Made by a program: the position numbers and the translations under genes
Assembly (NCBI GenBank): GCA_015061915.1
Contig: SUVR01000011.1
Span: 22,972-86,971, forward strand
Reading direction: 5' to 3'
DNA from: Lentisphaerota bacterium
GTDB lineage: Bacteria; Verrucomicrobiota; Lentisphaeria; Victivallales; UBA1829
Length of the DNA: 64,000 bases
The notes under the pieces: model-generated
Databases searched by the model: none
The model's input: only the letters and a program-made list of their open reading frames with translations
Told to the model about the DNA's origin: nothing
In this document: positions 1 to 10,200 of the stretch, piece after piece
How positions within the stretch are numbered: the stretch's first letter is position 1
How the letters are laid out: the number at the start of each line of letters is the position of its first letter

Positions 1-700
1 CTTTCTGACGGAAAATGGCGCCAATCCCGTGGAAATGGATACGGATGGTATCTACTTCCAGACAAACGGAGACCGGGCTGACTTGAGTCGGAAACTGGCA
101 GAACGTCTGCCGGAAGGAATCAGTGTGGACTTCGATGCCGAATACAAAGCCATGTTCGCATACAAAAGCAAAAACTACGCCCTTCTGCATCCGGACGGCA
201 GCGTGACCCTTGCCGGTGCCGCCCTGAAGTCCAGAGGTCTCGAACCGTTCCAGCGGGATTATATCCGCAATACGATCCATGCCCTGCTGGCAGATGATGC
301 GGAAGAATACCGTAAGATGGATCAGGCGTGCGAACAGGCCCTGCGGGAACATTCCTATCCCCTCGCCATGCTTGCAAAAAGTGAGACCCTTTCCGATTCT
401 CTGGATACATATACCCGGAAAATGGCATCCGGCAGCGGCAGACGCAGCGCCGCATACGAACTGGCTGTCAAGTCCGGGAAAGAGTACCGGGCAGGCGATC
501 AGGTCACTTTCTACATCACCGGCAGTAAGAAGAACGTTGCCGTGGTGGATGCCGCAAAACTCCTCAGCGATGGCGACAACAACGTGCGGGATGAAAATGT
601 GCCGTACTATCTCGCAAAACTGGACGAACTCCGCAAAAAGTTTGAGCCGTTCACCGCAAAGTGGACAAAAACAGATCCTGATCAGATGGAACTCTTCTGA
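1..700 (+). CDS. polB: Family-B DNA polymerase (Pol II type), C-terminal part; the 5' end lies outside the window
   Basis: The frame is open from nt 2; the listed ORF start at 29 is an internal GTG. It has a polB motif-C-like EMDTDGIYF, a KxY-like KSKNYALL, and a Pol II-like C-terminal tail ending QMELF. A hairpin plus T-run follows. Confidence 0.8.
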   Translation, partial: FLTENGANPVEMDTDGIYFQTNGDRADLSRKLAERLPEGISVDFDAEYKAMFAYKSKNYALLHPDGSVTLAGAALKSRGLEPFQRDYIRNTIHALLADDAEEYRKMDQACEQALREHSYPLAMLAKSETLSDSLDTYTRKMASGSGRRSAAYELAVKSGKEYRAGDQVTFYITGSKKNVAVVDAAKLLSDGDNNVRDENVPYYLAKLDELRKKFEPFTAKWTKTDPDQMELF

Positions 701-759
701 ACGCACAACAGGCGCGGCAGGGCAGCCGGAGGCTGCCGGCAGACACACACAGAAAAAAA

Positions 760-801
760 GCGGCGGTCGAAATTTTTTTCGACCGTCGCGCTCTTTTTTT
801 T
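760..801. terminator. Bidirectional intrinsic terminator between convergent polB and the glycosidase-like gene
   Basis: A 13-bp stem (GCGGCGGTCGAAA / TTTCGACCGTCGC) with loop TTTT is preceded by an A-run (751-759) and followed by a T-run (794-801). Confidence 0.6.
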
Positions 802-860
802 CTGCGTGCGTATGCGCCCGCCGGTGGCGGGCTGCTGCCGCGCCCTGCTGTGCAGAGTGT

Positions 861-2876
861 TTACGCCAGTTCGATCATACTGTGGCAGGTGAACTGCGGT
901 ACCGTGAAGGAGATGGAGCCATCCGCCTCTGTGGTGAAGTCGATCGCATCACCGGCGGGGACCAGTTTCACGCTGTTGACTGCCTTCGGCACGCGGACCT
1001 TGACGGACACGGGGCCGATGGGGTTCAGTTCATCGATCACTTCCATTTTTGCGTAGCCGTAGCTCTTGCCGTTTGCCCGGTTGAAGGTACCGCCGCGCAG
1101 GATGGTGTTGGCGTAGAGCAGGTGCAGCACGTAGCGGTTTTCGGCTTCCTGTTCCATCAGGGTCACGCGACCCTGGGAGGGCAGATCGGTTTCCACGGGG
1201 ATGATATCACCCAGGAACTTGCGGATGGCTTTGACCACAAATTCTTTCAGGATCACGGTACCGCAGCCGCGGTAGATGCTGAAGACCGGGTGTGCGAAAT
1301 AGAGCACATTTTCATTCATAGCGCCCGCATCGAAGCCGCTGCCTTCCGGTTTGTACGGCGTGTGCTGATGGCTGGAGAAGTGGTCGAAACGGCGCTGGAA
1401 ATAAGGTTCGTAGATCTCGCCCAGACTTTCTGCGCCGTCCTTTGCCTTGATCCGGCGGCTGATTTCATACATCACGAACGGTGTTTCGATCTTGCGCGGG
1501 ACAAAGTCGGCTGCCGCCTTGATGTAGTCCGGTTCAAACTTGCCATCGACTCCGCTGTCGGTGAAGGGCAGGAGGGCATCATCCAGCTGGAACGCTTTGT
1601 GGTCCACATCCATACCGCTTTTGCCGGAGAGGATGAGTTTGCCGCCTGCCTTGACGAAGGCTTCCAGTTTGGCTTTGACGGCATCATCCAGCAGCACATC
1701 GTCCGCCAGGATCAACGCCTTATACTTGCTCCAATCCATTTCGGTATCCACCACATCGAAGGGGATATGGGCTTCGAGGAGGATACGGGAAGCGCCGGTA
1801 TCGCCGGGCAGTTCCCGTTCGGTCGTATGACTGTACGGCGTGATTTCGCTGAGGATCGCCACGGTGGCGCAGGATTTTACGTTATCGCACCAGGCTTCCT
1901 TCTCCCGGACTTCCCGGTAAGCCTGCCCGATGATCTCGTAAGTACCTTCATCCAGTTTTGCGCCGGGGTGGAGCTGGTCGCCGATGCTGCACTTGGAGCC
2001 GTTGGCGATCATAGCGGCACATTCGTAACGCAGCGCTTCCGGTGCTTTGAAACCGCCGAATTCGCCCCACGTTGTATGGAACTTCCCGGTCATACCGAGA
2101 AATTCTTTGCCCAGATTCCGCACATACGCTGCGGAGAACGGATAATGGTCATATCCCCAACCGCCGGTGGGCAGGGATTCCAGTTCCAGATGGGAGAAGT
2201 AGGGCATGATTTCGCCGCTGCCCACGGATACGTGACCGGAGTTGTGGAAGATGGGCATATCCGGGCGGTTGATCCGGGCGGCTTCCGTGGTCTTCTTGTA
2301 GTAGTTCATCAGAACCTGTTTGGCGAATGCGATACGGTCTGCTTCATTTGCGGCATCCAGACCTGCTTTTTCCATGCCTTCCAGACAGTACCGGCAGCAG
2401 CACTGACCCTGACCGATGATGTCCAGGAAGATCCCGTCTGCATCCGGATATTTCGTAACGACTTCCCGGATCTGTGCGCAGAGAATGTCCAGCCACGGCG
2501 TATTGAAGCAGAGCTTCTTGTAATACGGGCGCAGGGGTAGATAAAATGCGCCGTCGGGCGGGCAGATGATCCAGTCCGGATGTTTCTGCACGATCCATTC
2601 GCTGAACCCGGCAGAAATGTAGACCGGAGCATTGACGCCGATCTCGTGGCAGGCATCCAGCTGGGCACGGAGCAGGTCGAACTTCAGACCGGGGTGCTTT
2701 TCGCCTACTTCTGTTTCGTAGTACGCTCTGCCGTGATGGCAGGTGCCGAAGATCGTAATGGAATCGACAGCTGCTTTTTTCAGCGTTTCCTGCCACTGTT
2801 TTTTGTCAAACGCTTCACCGATCCCGGTGAGTTTTTCCGATGTGTGAAAATCAAGGTGTACCTGACGGAATCTCAT
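861..2876 (-). CDS. Putative glycoside hydrolase (GHL6-like N-terminal TIM-barrel with a beta-galactosidase-trimerisation-like domain)
   Basis: It lies within the 697-aa ORF. The likely start is the ATG at 2876 (MRFRQVHLDFHTS...), preceded by GAGG. The HLDFHTS/CHHG N-terminus is typical of GHL6-type hypothetical glycosidases. The family call rests on motif memory only. Confidence 0.6.
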   Translation of the reverse strand: MRFRQVHLDFHTSEKLTGIGEAFDKKQWQETLKKAAVDSITIFGTCHHGRAYYETEVGEKHPGLKFDLLRAQLDACHEIGVNAPVYISAGFSEWIVQKHPDWIICPPDGAFYLPLRPYYKKLCFNTPWLDILCAQIREVVTKYPDADGIFLDIIGQGQCCCRYCLEGMEKAGLDAANEADRIAFAKQVLMNYYKKTTEAARINRPDMPIFHNSGHVSVGSGEIMPYFSHLELESLPTGGWGYDHYPFSAAYVRNLGKEFLGMTGKFHTTWGEFGGFKAPEALRYECAAMIANGSKCSIGDQLHPGAKLDEGTYEIIGQAYREVREKEAWCDNVKSCATVAILSEITPYSHTTERELPGDTGASRILLEAHIPFDVVDTEMDWSKYKALILADDVLLDDAVKAKLEAFVKAGGKLILSGKSGMDVDHKAFQLDDALLPFTDSGVDGKFEPDYIKAAADFVPRKIETPFVMYEISRRIKAKDGAESLGEIYEPYFQRRFDHFSSHQHTPYKPEGSGFDAGAMNENVLYFAHPVFSIYRGCGTVILKEFVVKAIRKFLGDIIPVETDLPSQGRVTLMEQEAENRYVLHLLYANTILRGGTFNRANGKSYGYAKMEVIDELNPIGPVSVKVRVPKAVNSVKLVPAGDAIDFTTEADGSISFTVPQFTCHSMIELA

Positions 2877-2996
2877 AGTCGCCTCTTCTCTGATTGTTAT
2901 GTGTTCTGTTTGTGGATTTTTCAATACTATATATGCCGCAACGGAGCTTTGCAAGTAAAAAACTTATGAACTTTTTACCACTCTTTATGTGGAAAA

Positions 2997-4427
2997 TCAC
3001 AGGGCCCCGTCCGGCACCACGCCTTCCTCCAGAGCAGGGTAGCAGCGCAATTTGTTTACCAGACGCAGCTGCCGCATAAAAATACATTCCTGCTGATGGT
3101 CAAAGGGACAGGTCCCATCCACCCGGATCTCTCCGCAGGGACCGTTCGCCCGGTGGATCGGGCAGGTTTCCGGACAGATATAAAATGTCTGTGGCAGCCG
3201 GCACCGGTTGCAGTTTTTACACCCGAAAAGCAGTTTTTTGGTGAGGCGTTTTTCCGAAGCCGGTAATTCATCCGCATGACCGCACAGCACTTTGCCCAGC
3301 CGGTAGAGGAACAGTTCCTTTCCGGAGCAGGAATCAAAATCCGCCTCCGCAAAGGGAAGCGTGTCCGGGGGCAGGGCAGAGGAAAGCAAATTTTCAAAGA
3401 GATAAAACCGGTGGGGATAAGGAGCCATGTCCAACCGCTCATAATACTGCCGGAACGCACTGCACCAGGCATTGAAATCCTTGAATTCCAAAAGGGCTTC
3501 GTCAATCTTGTCCAACAGCATTTCCAGTTTTTCGGGCGAGTCCGCACCGGCGAGCTGGATCCCGCTGTATCCGAGGAGCCGTACTCCTGCGGCATAGAGC
3601 TGCAGCTGACGGATTTGTGCCGCTTCAAACTGGGGACGGGTATATTGCAGTTCGCGCCGTAGAATGTGTGCAAGATCCGGCGAGATCTGAACCCCCGGAA
3701 CAGTCCCTTCGCACAACTCTCTGGCTTTGTCCTGCGAAAGAAAAAGCAGTCGTGCGATGGTCGGAATATGACAGGACCGCTGGTAAAGTTCCCAGCGCAG
3801 TTCCTGCAGTTTCAGAATGTCCCAACCGAACTGTGTCACGGCAAACGATGCTCCGGCATTGAGTTTGCGGATCAGTTTGAAATATTGCGTGCAGAGTGCT
3901 TCCGCAGTGTATTTGTACGGATTGACTGCCGCGCCTGTCAGAATGGTGTTGCCGAATTCTTCACGCAAGTTTGCCAGCGTGCAAAGACTTTCCGTAAACG
4001 GACGCTCCGAACTTTTCCGCGCATCCTCACCGGGCAGTGCCTTTCCGGAAACACAACAGAAATTTTTGAAGCCTTCCCCGGTGGCAAGCCGCGCCATTTC
4101 AAAAAGCTGTTTCGACGAATGATCCCTGCCGCTGAGGTAAAGCAGGTGTCTGTCCCGGTCCGTTTTACAGATCCGGGAGGCAAAAAGAACAGGGTCGATG
4201 CTTGTCAGATTTTCCGTTGTGATTGCCAGAGAAGTGGGCGTTTTTCTGCCGAGAACAAGATATTCATAGTCCGTATAACGCCCGCTGATCTCATCCGCAG
4301 AGATTTCACTTTCCGGCAGAGGGATTTCTGCCAGGATCTGGAATTCTCCGGTTTCCAGACGGGAACGGAAAAGATTTCCTTCCGTTCCGTTGAAATTCAT
4401 TTCAAGCTGTATACAATTCCTGCTCAT
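2997..4427 (-). CDS. Methylenetetrahydrofolate-reductase-like protein with a C-terminal Cys-rich (MTHFR_C-type zinc-ribbon) domain
   Basis: The listed ORF starts at a GTG (4433). An ATG at 4427 has AAGGTG 4 nt upstream. The protein has an MTHFR-family-like core and a C-terminal CKNCNRCRL...CPETCP...CPFD cysteine cluster. Confidence 0.65.
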   Translation of the reverse strand: MSRNCIQLEMNFNGTEGNLFRSRLETGEFQILAEIPLPESEISADEISGRYTDYEYLVLGRKTPTSLAITTENLTSIDPVLFASRICKTDRDRHLLYLSGRDHSSKQLFEMARLATGEGFKNFCCVSGKALPGEDARKSSERPFTESLCTLANLREEFGNTILTGAAVNPYKYTAEALCTQYFKLIRKLNAGASFAVTQFGWDILKLQELRWELYQRSCHIPTIARLLFLSQDKARELCEGTVPGVQISPDLAHILRRELQYTRPQFEAAQIRQLQLYAAGVRLLGYSGIQLAGADSPEKLEMLLDKIDEALLEFKDFNAWCSAFRQYYERLDMAPYPHRFYLFENLLSSALPPDTLPFAEADFDSCSGKELFLYRLGKVLCGHADELPASEKRLTKKLLFGCKNCNRCRLPQTFYICPETCPIHRANGPCGEIRVDGTCPFDHQQECIFMRQLRLVNKLRCYPALEEGVVPDGAL

Positions 4428-4556
4428 TATCACCTTGCGTTTCTGATGAGAGAAAGATACAGCACCACAATCGTTTTTTCAAGTCAAAAGCAGAAAAAAT
4501 AAATAAAAAAAGCACTGCCATTTCTGACAGTGCTCCGGTGTTGTTATCCGGCTGCG

Positions 4557-5033
4557 TTATTTCTTCCGCGGTTCGAAGGGAATGTCTGCATTGAGCAGGT
4601 TCAATTCCGTCAGCCCCAGACTGTTGCACAAGTCCAGGATCTTGATCAGCTTTTTGTGGTCAGCATAGGGACCGCAGTTCAGTACGATCGTTGTATCTTT
4701 GCTGTTATCTGCCACGATTTTCAGGTATCCCTGAAGCTGAGCGAATTCCATCGGCTGACCGGCACCTTCTTTTGCTGCGTTGACCGCATAGTATGTTTCG
4801 TTATCGTTGTCTTTTGCGTTTTCAAAGACATCGATACGGAGCATGGGAGGCGGTTCTTCGTTGTTGGACGCAGACTGTGGAGCAGGCAGGTTCAACTGAA
4901 GATGCACATCTTCCACCACTTCTTTCTGCGTGAAGATAAAGTAGATCAGCAGGAGGAACACAACGTCGATCATGGATGAGAGCGGAACCGATGCCGCAAC
5001 ACCATTCTCAAGTTTGATTTTTTTTCTTGCCAT
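4557..5033 (-). CDS. exbD: Biopolymer transport protein ExbD/TolR
   Basis: 158 aa. It has an N-terminal TM anchor with the SSMIDVVFLLLIYFI motif typical of ExbD/TolR, and it is the last gene of the exbB-exbD-exbD cluster. Confidence 0.85.
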   Translation of the reverse strand: MARKKIKLENGVAASVPLSSMIDVVFLLLIYFIFTQKEVVEDVHLQLNLPAPQSASNNEEPPPMLRIDVFENAKDNDNETYYAVNAAKEGAGQPMEFAQLQGYLKIVADNSKDTTIVLNCGPYADHKKLIKILDLCNSLGLTELNLLNADIPFEPRKK

Positions 5034-5041
5034 TTGTTACC

Positions 5042-5479
5042 TCACTTGCTTGTTACTTTTTCAGCGTCAAGCTTGACTTTATAGAGACCGGTGGAAGTGA
5101 TGGCATCCATTACTTCCTTGATGTATCCGTGCTGGGCACGGTGGTCACCGCGGATGACAATGGGGAAATCCTGCCCGAACTCGATTTTCATCCGTTCCAG
5201 TTCGCTCTGAATTGCTTTTTTGTCAACCAGGTGCATCCCCATCCAGATCTCCCCGTCATCACGAACGTTGATGGTGAGCGTGCGGGGGTCTTTCTTGGTG
5301 ATCGGCTTTTCCTTCCCCAGCGGGGCACGGGCAAGCACGACCTTTTCGTCTTCGATCTCTTTATCAATGGAAGCGGTAACAACGAAGAAGATGATCAGCA
5401 GAAAGACGACGTCGATCATAGAAGAAATCGGCACTTCTGCCAACTCGTCCATCTGTGGTTTTTTAGAGCCTTTAGCCAT
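5042..5479 (-). CDS. exbD: Biopolymer transport protein ExbD/TolR
   Basis: 145 aa with the ISSMIDVVFLLIIFFV motif. It lies 8 nt upstream of the second exbD. Confidence 0.85.
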   Translation of the reverse strand: MAKGSKKPQMDELAEVPISSMIDVVFLLIIFFVVTASIDKEIEDEKVVLARAPLGKEKPITKKDPRTLTINVRDDGEIWMGMHLVDKKAIQSELERMKIEFGQDFPIVIRGDHRAQHGYIKEVMDAITSTGLYKVKLDAEKVTSK

Positions 5480-5514
5480 TCTTCATTTTCCTTGTGTTAA
5501 GGGAGTTACCGTGA

Positions 5515-6303
5515 TCAGCCTTCGACTTCTTCCGTATATTCTTCTTCCGTATATTCTTCACCGCCATCGGCAGCAACTTCAGCACCGCGGAGAGGCTTGA
5601 TCATATCATAGGTAAGTGCTTCCATAGCAAGAATGATTTTGGAAGCCGTGTTCTTCACAAAGGTGTATCCGAGGATAGCGGGCACTGCAATGAACAGACC
5701 GACAGCCGTGGTGTAAAGAGCACCGGAAATGGACATAGCCAGCTGCTGAGCCTTGGCAGAACCGGAAGCGGTAGCCAAACCACCGAACGCAGCCACCATA
5801 CCGGTAACCGTACCCATAAGACCGAACATCGGGGCGAGCTGACCGCAAAGGTTCAGGTAGTTGACGCGCTGCATCAGTTTTTCAGATTCGATACCGGCTG
5901 CAGAGGAGACGGAGTCCAGAATGACGTCGTAACCTTCGGTGATGTTGTTGAACCCAGCCATAAGAATGTTGGAGAGGGGGCAGGGAGTGCTTTCACAAGC
6001 TTCGATGGCAGCACCCAGGTCGCCGGCATCAATGGCATCTTTTACCGCATTGACCAGTTCCGGGGGCATGATTTTTGAGCCGCGGATGGAGAGAATCGCG
6101 TCCACGATCAAGGCGATCGTTGCCAGAGAGGTGAGGAAGATCATCGACCACACCGTCAAGTCCATGGCGTTACCGCCGAAGACAATGTCAAAAAATCCCG
6201 GAGTTGCGGGAGCCGCGCCTTCTTCCTGACCGAAGACTGCCGCCTGCATGACAAAGCCGAAAACCGTTGTGAGGCCGATCGCAAGTTTGCTTGCAAGTTT
6301 CAT
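5515..6303 (-). CDS. exbB: MotA/TolQ/ExbB proton-channel protein
   Basis: 262 aa with a signal or TM N-terminus, three TM segments, and the conserved C-terminal LGLMGTVTGM...ALYTTAVGL region of ExbB/TolQ. Confidence 0.85.
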   Translation of the reverse strand: MKLASKLAIGLTTVFGFVMQAAVFGQEEGAAPATPGFFDIVFGGNAMDLTVWSMIFLTSLATIALIVDAILSIRGSKIMPPELVNAVKDAIDAGDLGAAIEACESTPCPLSNILMAGFNNITEGYDVILDSVSSAAGIESEKLMQRVNYLNLCGQLAPMFGLMGTVTGMVAAFGGLATASGSAKAQQLAMSISGALYTTAVGLFIAVPAILGYTFVKNTASKIILAMEALTYDMIKPLRGAEVAADGGEEYTEEEYTEEVEG

Positions 6304-6376
6304 TTACGTGTTCCTTTACGTTTGTTTTTTATATGATTTGTTGTCTTGTTTTACTGTAATGTAGCACACTTTTGCA

Positions 6377-7198
6377 TTATTGCAAACGCTTTGTGAAAGC
6401 ATTGTCCGGATATTCTGTCCGGAGGATTTTTGCAAACTCACCGGCACGGGCGTCTTTGAGTTCCTTCAGGATTTCCCAGGAGGTATAAAGCGCTTCCGGT
6501 CTGGTGACCGCATCCTTGAAGAGAAGGGCAGCGCCGAAATAGGCATAAGCCGCCTTCATAAGCAGTTCTTTCTGCTTGTCTTCGTCAGCCGCTTCTTTGG
6601 ACTGCATCCGGTAGATCTTGCCGCAAAGCAGATAAGCCGCACCGGCGAGGGTGTCATCTTTCAGTTTGCTCTGTTCTTTGGCATATTCCAAAGCGGCAGC
6701 GTACTTGCCGGCATCCATGTAGACATCGCCCAGCATAATGGCGGCTTCTTTGTTGTACTTCTGATCGTTGGGGTTTGCGAATTCTTCTTTCCGCATGGAA
6801 TTGAGGATCTTGATGCAGGAATCATACTGCTTCGCCTGTTTCAGCGCCTTTGCAGCTTCAAAACGGCAATAGGGATCCCAACCGAAAAGTTTGAATTCCG
6901 TGGCAGCAGCCAGATAGGTTTCTGCAGCTTTTTCAAAATCACCCGCCTGTGCGAGGGTGTCGGCAGCAGCAACGCTTTCCGGTTTGGGGATCCAGACATA
7001 GACCGCCTGGTTGATCTGCACATCCCCGGCACCGCCCTTGAGGTAGGTGACCTTGAAGGTCTTTTCGTTTTTCAGTTCGATCTTTTTGTATTCGGTGGGC
7101 TTTTTATCGCCCTTTTTCAGGATGTACGGGTTTTCCGCACTCAATCCCATCGGCAGAGCCAGCAGGGATGCGATTGTCAGAAACAGAAGTTTTTTCAT
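6377..7198 (-). CDS. Secreted TPR-repeat protein
   Basis: 273 aa. It has a signal peptide (MKKLLFLTIASLLALPMGLSA) and TPR-like helical repeats (A/Y/L-rich 34-residue periodicity). It lies directly upstream of exbB. Confidence 0.7.
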   Translation of the reverse strand: MKKLLFLTIASLLALPMGLSAENPYILKKGDKKPTEYKKIELKNEKTFKVTYLKGGAGDVQINQAVYVWIPKPESVAAADTLAQAGDFEKAAETYLAAATEFKLFGWDPYCRFEAAKALKQAKQYDSCIKILNSMRKEEFANPNDQKYNKEAAIMLGDVYMDAGKYAAALEYAKEQSKLKDDTLAGAAYLLCGKIYRMQSKEAADEDKQKELLMKAAYAYFGAALLFKDAVTRPEALYTSWEILKELKDARAGEFAKILRTEYPDNAFTKRLQ

Positions 7199-7253
7199 GA
7201 TTGACCTCGTCTGTTGCTTTCTATATTATATGTTATTATGTTCTTTTCCGTGA

Positions 7254-10200
7254 TCACTGAGCAAGTCTTTTGGCTTCGCCGATGAACTTGCCTTCGGGAT
7301 AATAGTCCATATATTTCTTTGCCATTCTCTGCGTGTTGGCTGTATCGCCGAGAAGACTTGCCGTTTTGGCACTCATGAAGACAGCTTCTTCCAGGGCTTC
7401 CGCACCTTCTTTGATCGCCTGAGCTTCCAGTTTTGCTTTTGCGGAGGCGGATTCATCCAGTTTCGGAGCTGCCGTTTCCTGAGAGGGCTTTGCATAGTTG
7501 AGCGCCGCAACGATCATATATGCCGCATGGGCTTTCCGGATCAGATCCTTGTCGGTTCCCAGAGACTGTTCAAAGTAGATATTACCCAGTTTGTCCTGCG
7601 CTTTGTAATAGAACCCGATCACCGTGGGTCCCTTGCTGCTGCCGCTGTTTGCACGGCGGCTGACGGCAATCAGGTCCTTGCTTGCGCTGTCATAATCTTT
7701 CAGACGACGGCGGAGCTCAGCACGGTTGAACAGGATTTCGTAGTAGTCCGGATTGTCACTCTTATGACGCATGGAGTCCGGGATCAGGTAGAGATAGGCT
7801 TCCAGCGCTTCCTTGAGATAGGTTTCCGCTTTTGCCGGATCGCTGGTCTGCAGGAAGTTCGCAATGATGATATTGGCATCTGCCTTGCTCTTGTTGAGCA
7901 TATTCCGCATATTATCCACAAACTTTTTCAGCTTTTCCGGATCTTCCCGGAACATCTTTGCCGTAGCGGGTGCGACCCAGTCTTCCGGCTTGATGTCTTT
8001 TTTCAGGAGAGCCAGCAGTTTTTCGGTGGCTCTCTGGGAAATATCAGCAGCATTGGGTCTCTGAGCCGGATCAGAACATTCCAGCATCAAAGAGGAGATT
8101 TCCCGGTATTTTCCGACGGTCAGGGTCTTTTCCAGTTCCGGTTTGCTCATGATCTCATAGAATTTTGCAATGGACTGAGCAAGTTTTCCGCTCTTGTAAA
8201 GACTCTTGGCGAGATAGTACTGCACGTCTTTGCCTTCGGGTCTGTCGGAATACTCTCTTGCGAGCTGGTCGAAGACTTCCTGCGCTTCTTTATCCTTACC
8301 GGCTTCGAGGTAGAGCATACCAGCTTTCATCAGGTAGCCCGGGACAAAAGATTTATACTTTTTCGTGGTGTCATTTGCTTCTTTTGCCAGTTCAGATGCA
8401 CTGTACTTTTCAGATGCGGCGAGGAATTCTTTGATGGCAATTTCTGCATCGCCGGCATCTTCACAGAGCCAGGGCATGATGGTGTCTGCACGATAAAGCT
8501 CAGTGGCAATTTTGTTATTGGCAACAGACTGGATCTGTCTGCTGATCTCCTGCTTCTGCGCATCGGTTTTTGCCGCTTGCGATTTTGCTGCGACATCTGC
8601 CACGATCTGTTCTTTTACGCTGTTCAGGAAGGGACTGCCGGGCTGAATCCAGCTGCGCAACTCGTTGATCGCTTTGATTGCCCGTCTGCTGAGTTCGGGG
8701 ATTTTTGCTTCATTGGCAGCGATCTGCGCTTTCAGCTTTTCCCGTTTTTCAAGCTGGGGTTTGAAGTCTTCCACAGCCTGTTCGTATGCTTTGAGATCGG
8801 CATCGTATCTGGCTTTTGCCTCCCGGGCTGCTGCCAGTTGACGGGCTTCCTCATTGGCTTTTGCCACTTTGGGATCATTGGGATTGGCAGGGGCGGCAGG
8901 TGCAGCGACGACCGGAGCCGGAGCTGCGGGCTGAAGTTCTGCTTTCTTGAGCAGTTCCAGCGTTTCTGCAGAAAGTTCTGCGGGCTTGACCGGATCAACG
9001 ATCTGATCAAGTTCCGCCTGCAGATCCTTATTTTGCGCACGGAGGTTTTCCTGAATGTGCCGGTAAAGGTTGGAGGCGGTATCCATTTTTGCCTTCAGGA
9101 TCTTGAACGCATCTTCCGAACCGGCTTCACAGAAGCGGTCACACATATCGGCAGCTTCCACCAGACGGTTGGTCAGGCGGTAGGATTCGATTGCCAGTTC
9201 GTAGGATTTATCAATAAATTCCTTACGGTTGGAGAAGTTGTTAAAGATGAATTCAAAGCGGGCAAGAGCGCGGTCGAAACCGGCGATCCACTCTTTTTTG
9301 AGTTTTTCGATTTCTTCCGGCTGGGCGCCGGCATTCTGTTTTTCATTGATCTTCAGACCGATCTCGTTGGCGCGGATGAATTCCACGCTGGCGAGGCGGA
9401 TCGCCACATTGGGCGCATAAGGATGAGAGGGAGCGAGGCGCAGGAAGGTATCATAGATTTTCATCGTTTCATCCTGCAGACGGCGTGCCACATCGTGAGC
9501 GCCGGCTGCTTCATACCGTTCTGCGTACATCCAGAGGGCGTTGGCGCCGACTGCGATCCCGTGGTGGACCAGATCGTTATCCCGGTGCATAAATTCGCTC
9601 AACTGGACCAGTGTGCGGAATTTGAAAATGTTTCCGAGATAACCGTTTGCGATCAGCAGATGGTTCAGCACCTTCGGCAGACCGTTGGAAAGACGCTTGC
9701 CCTGCATGATGGGAGTCAGTTCATTATCCACAACCATAAAGTGTTCACGGCATTTTGCCCAGTCGGCATCCGTGGACTTGTTGGGCGTACGGTCTTTTTT
9801 CATATTGTCGGAAGCGAGCGTGCTGCCGTCTTTGAACTGCTGTGCGGGCAGGGGCGGGACCAGATCTTCGATTTCAACTTCAGCACCGGCGCTTGCCTTC
9901 CGTTCCGGTTTGGGAACACGTGCGAGCTGGGTATCCAGTGCATTTGCCATACGGGGTTCGAGTGCTTTCAGTTTTTCCACCAGCTCGAGAAGAACGGGGA
10001 AGTTTTTGGCGCCGTCCCGGTGTCTCGGATAGTTCATCAGGAGCTGACCGAAAGCAACGAAGGCACGCTTGTAATATTTGAGAGCCTGTTTTTTATCTTT
10101 CTTTTCCAACTGCTTTGCCAGTGCGAGGCAGTTATAGCCTTCCCACATTCTGGCATCGGCGGTGGGGGAGTTTTCGATGGGTTCTTTGTTCTTTTTATAT

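Noticed and set aside
279-2540. 753-aa ORF on the plus strand
   Set aside because: It is entirely antisense to the glycosidase-like gene. The translation is low-complexity and Arg/Ala/Gly-rich, with no RBS. This is a typical shadow ORF of a GC-rich coding region.
5012-5033. A8 homopolymer in codons 3-6 of the distal exbD as a phase-variation switch
   Set aside because: It simply encodes the Lys-rich cytoplasmic N-terminus (MARKKIK) common to ExbD/TolR. No supporting evidence for phase variation is available from a single sequence.
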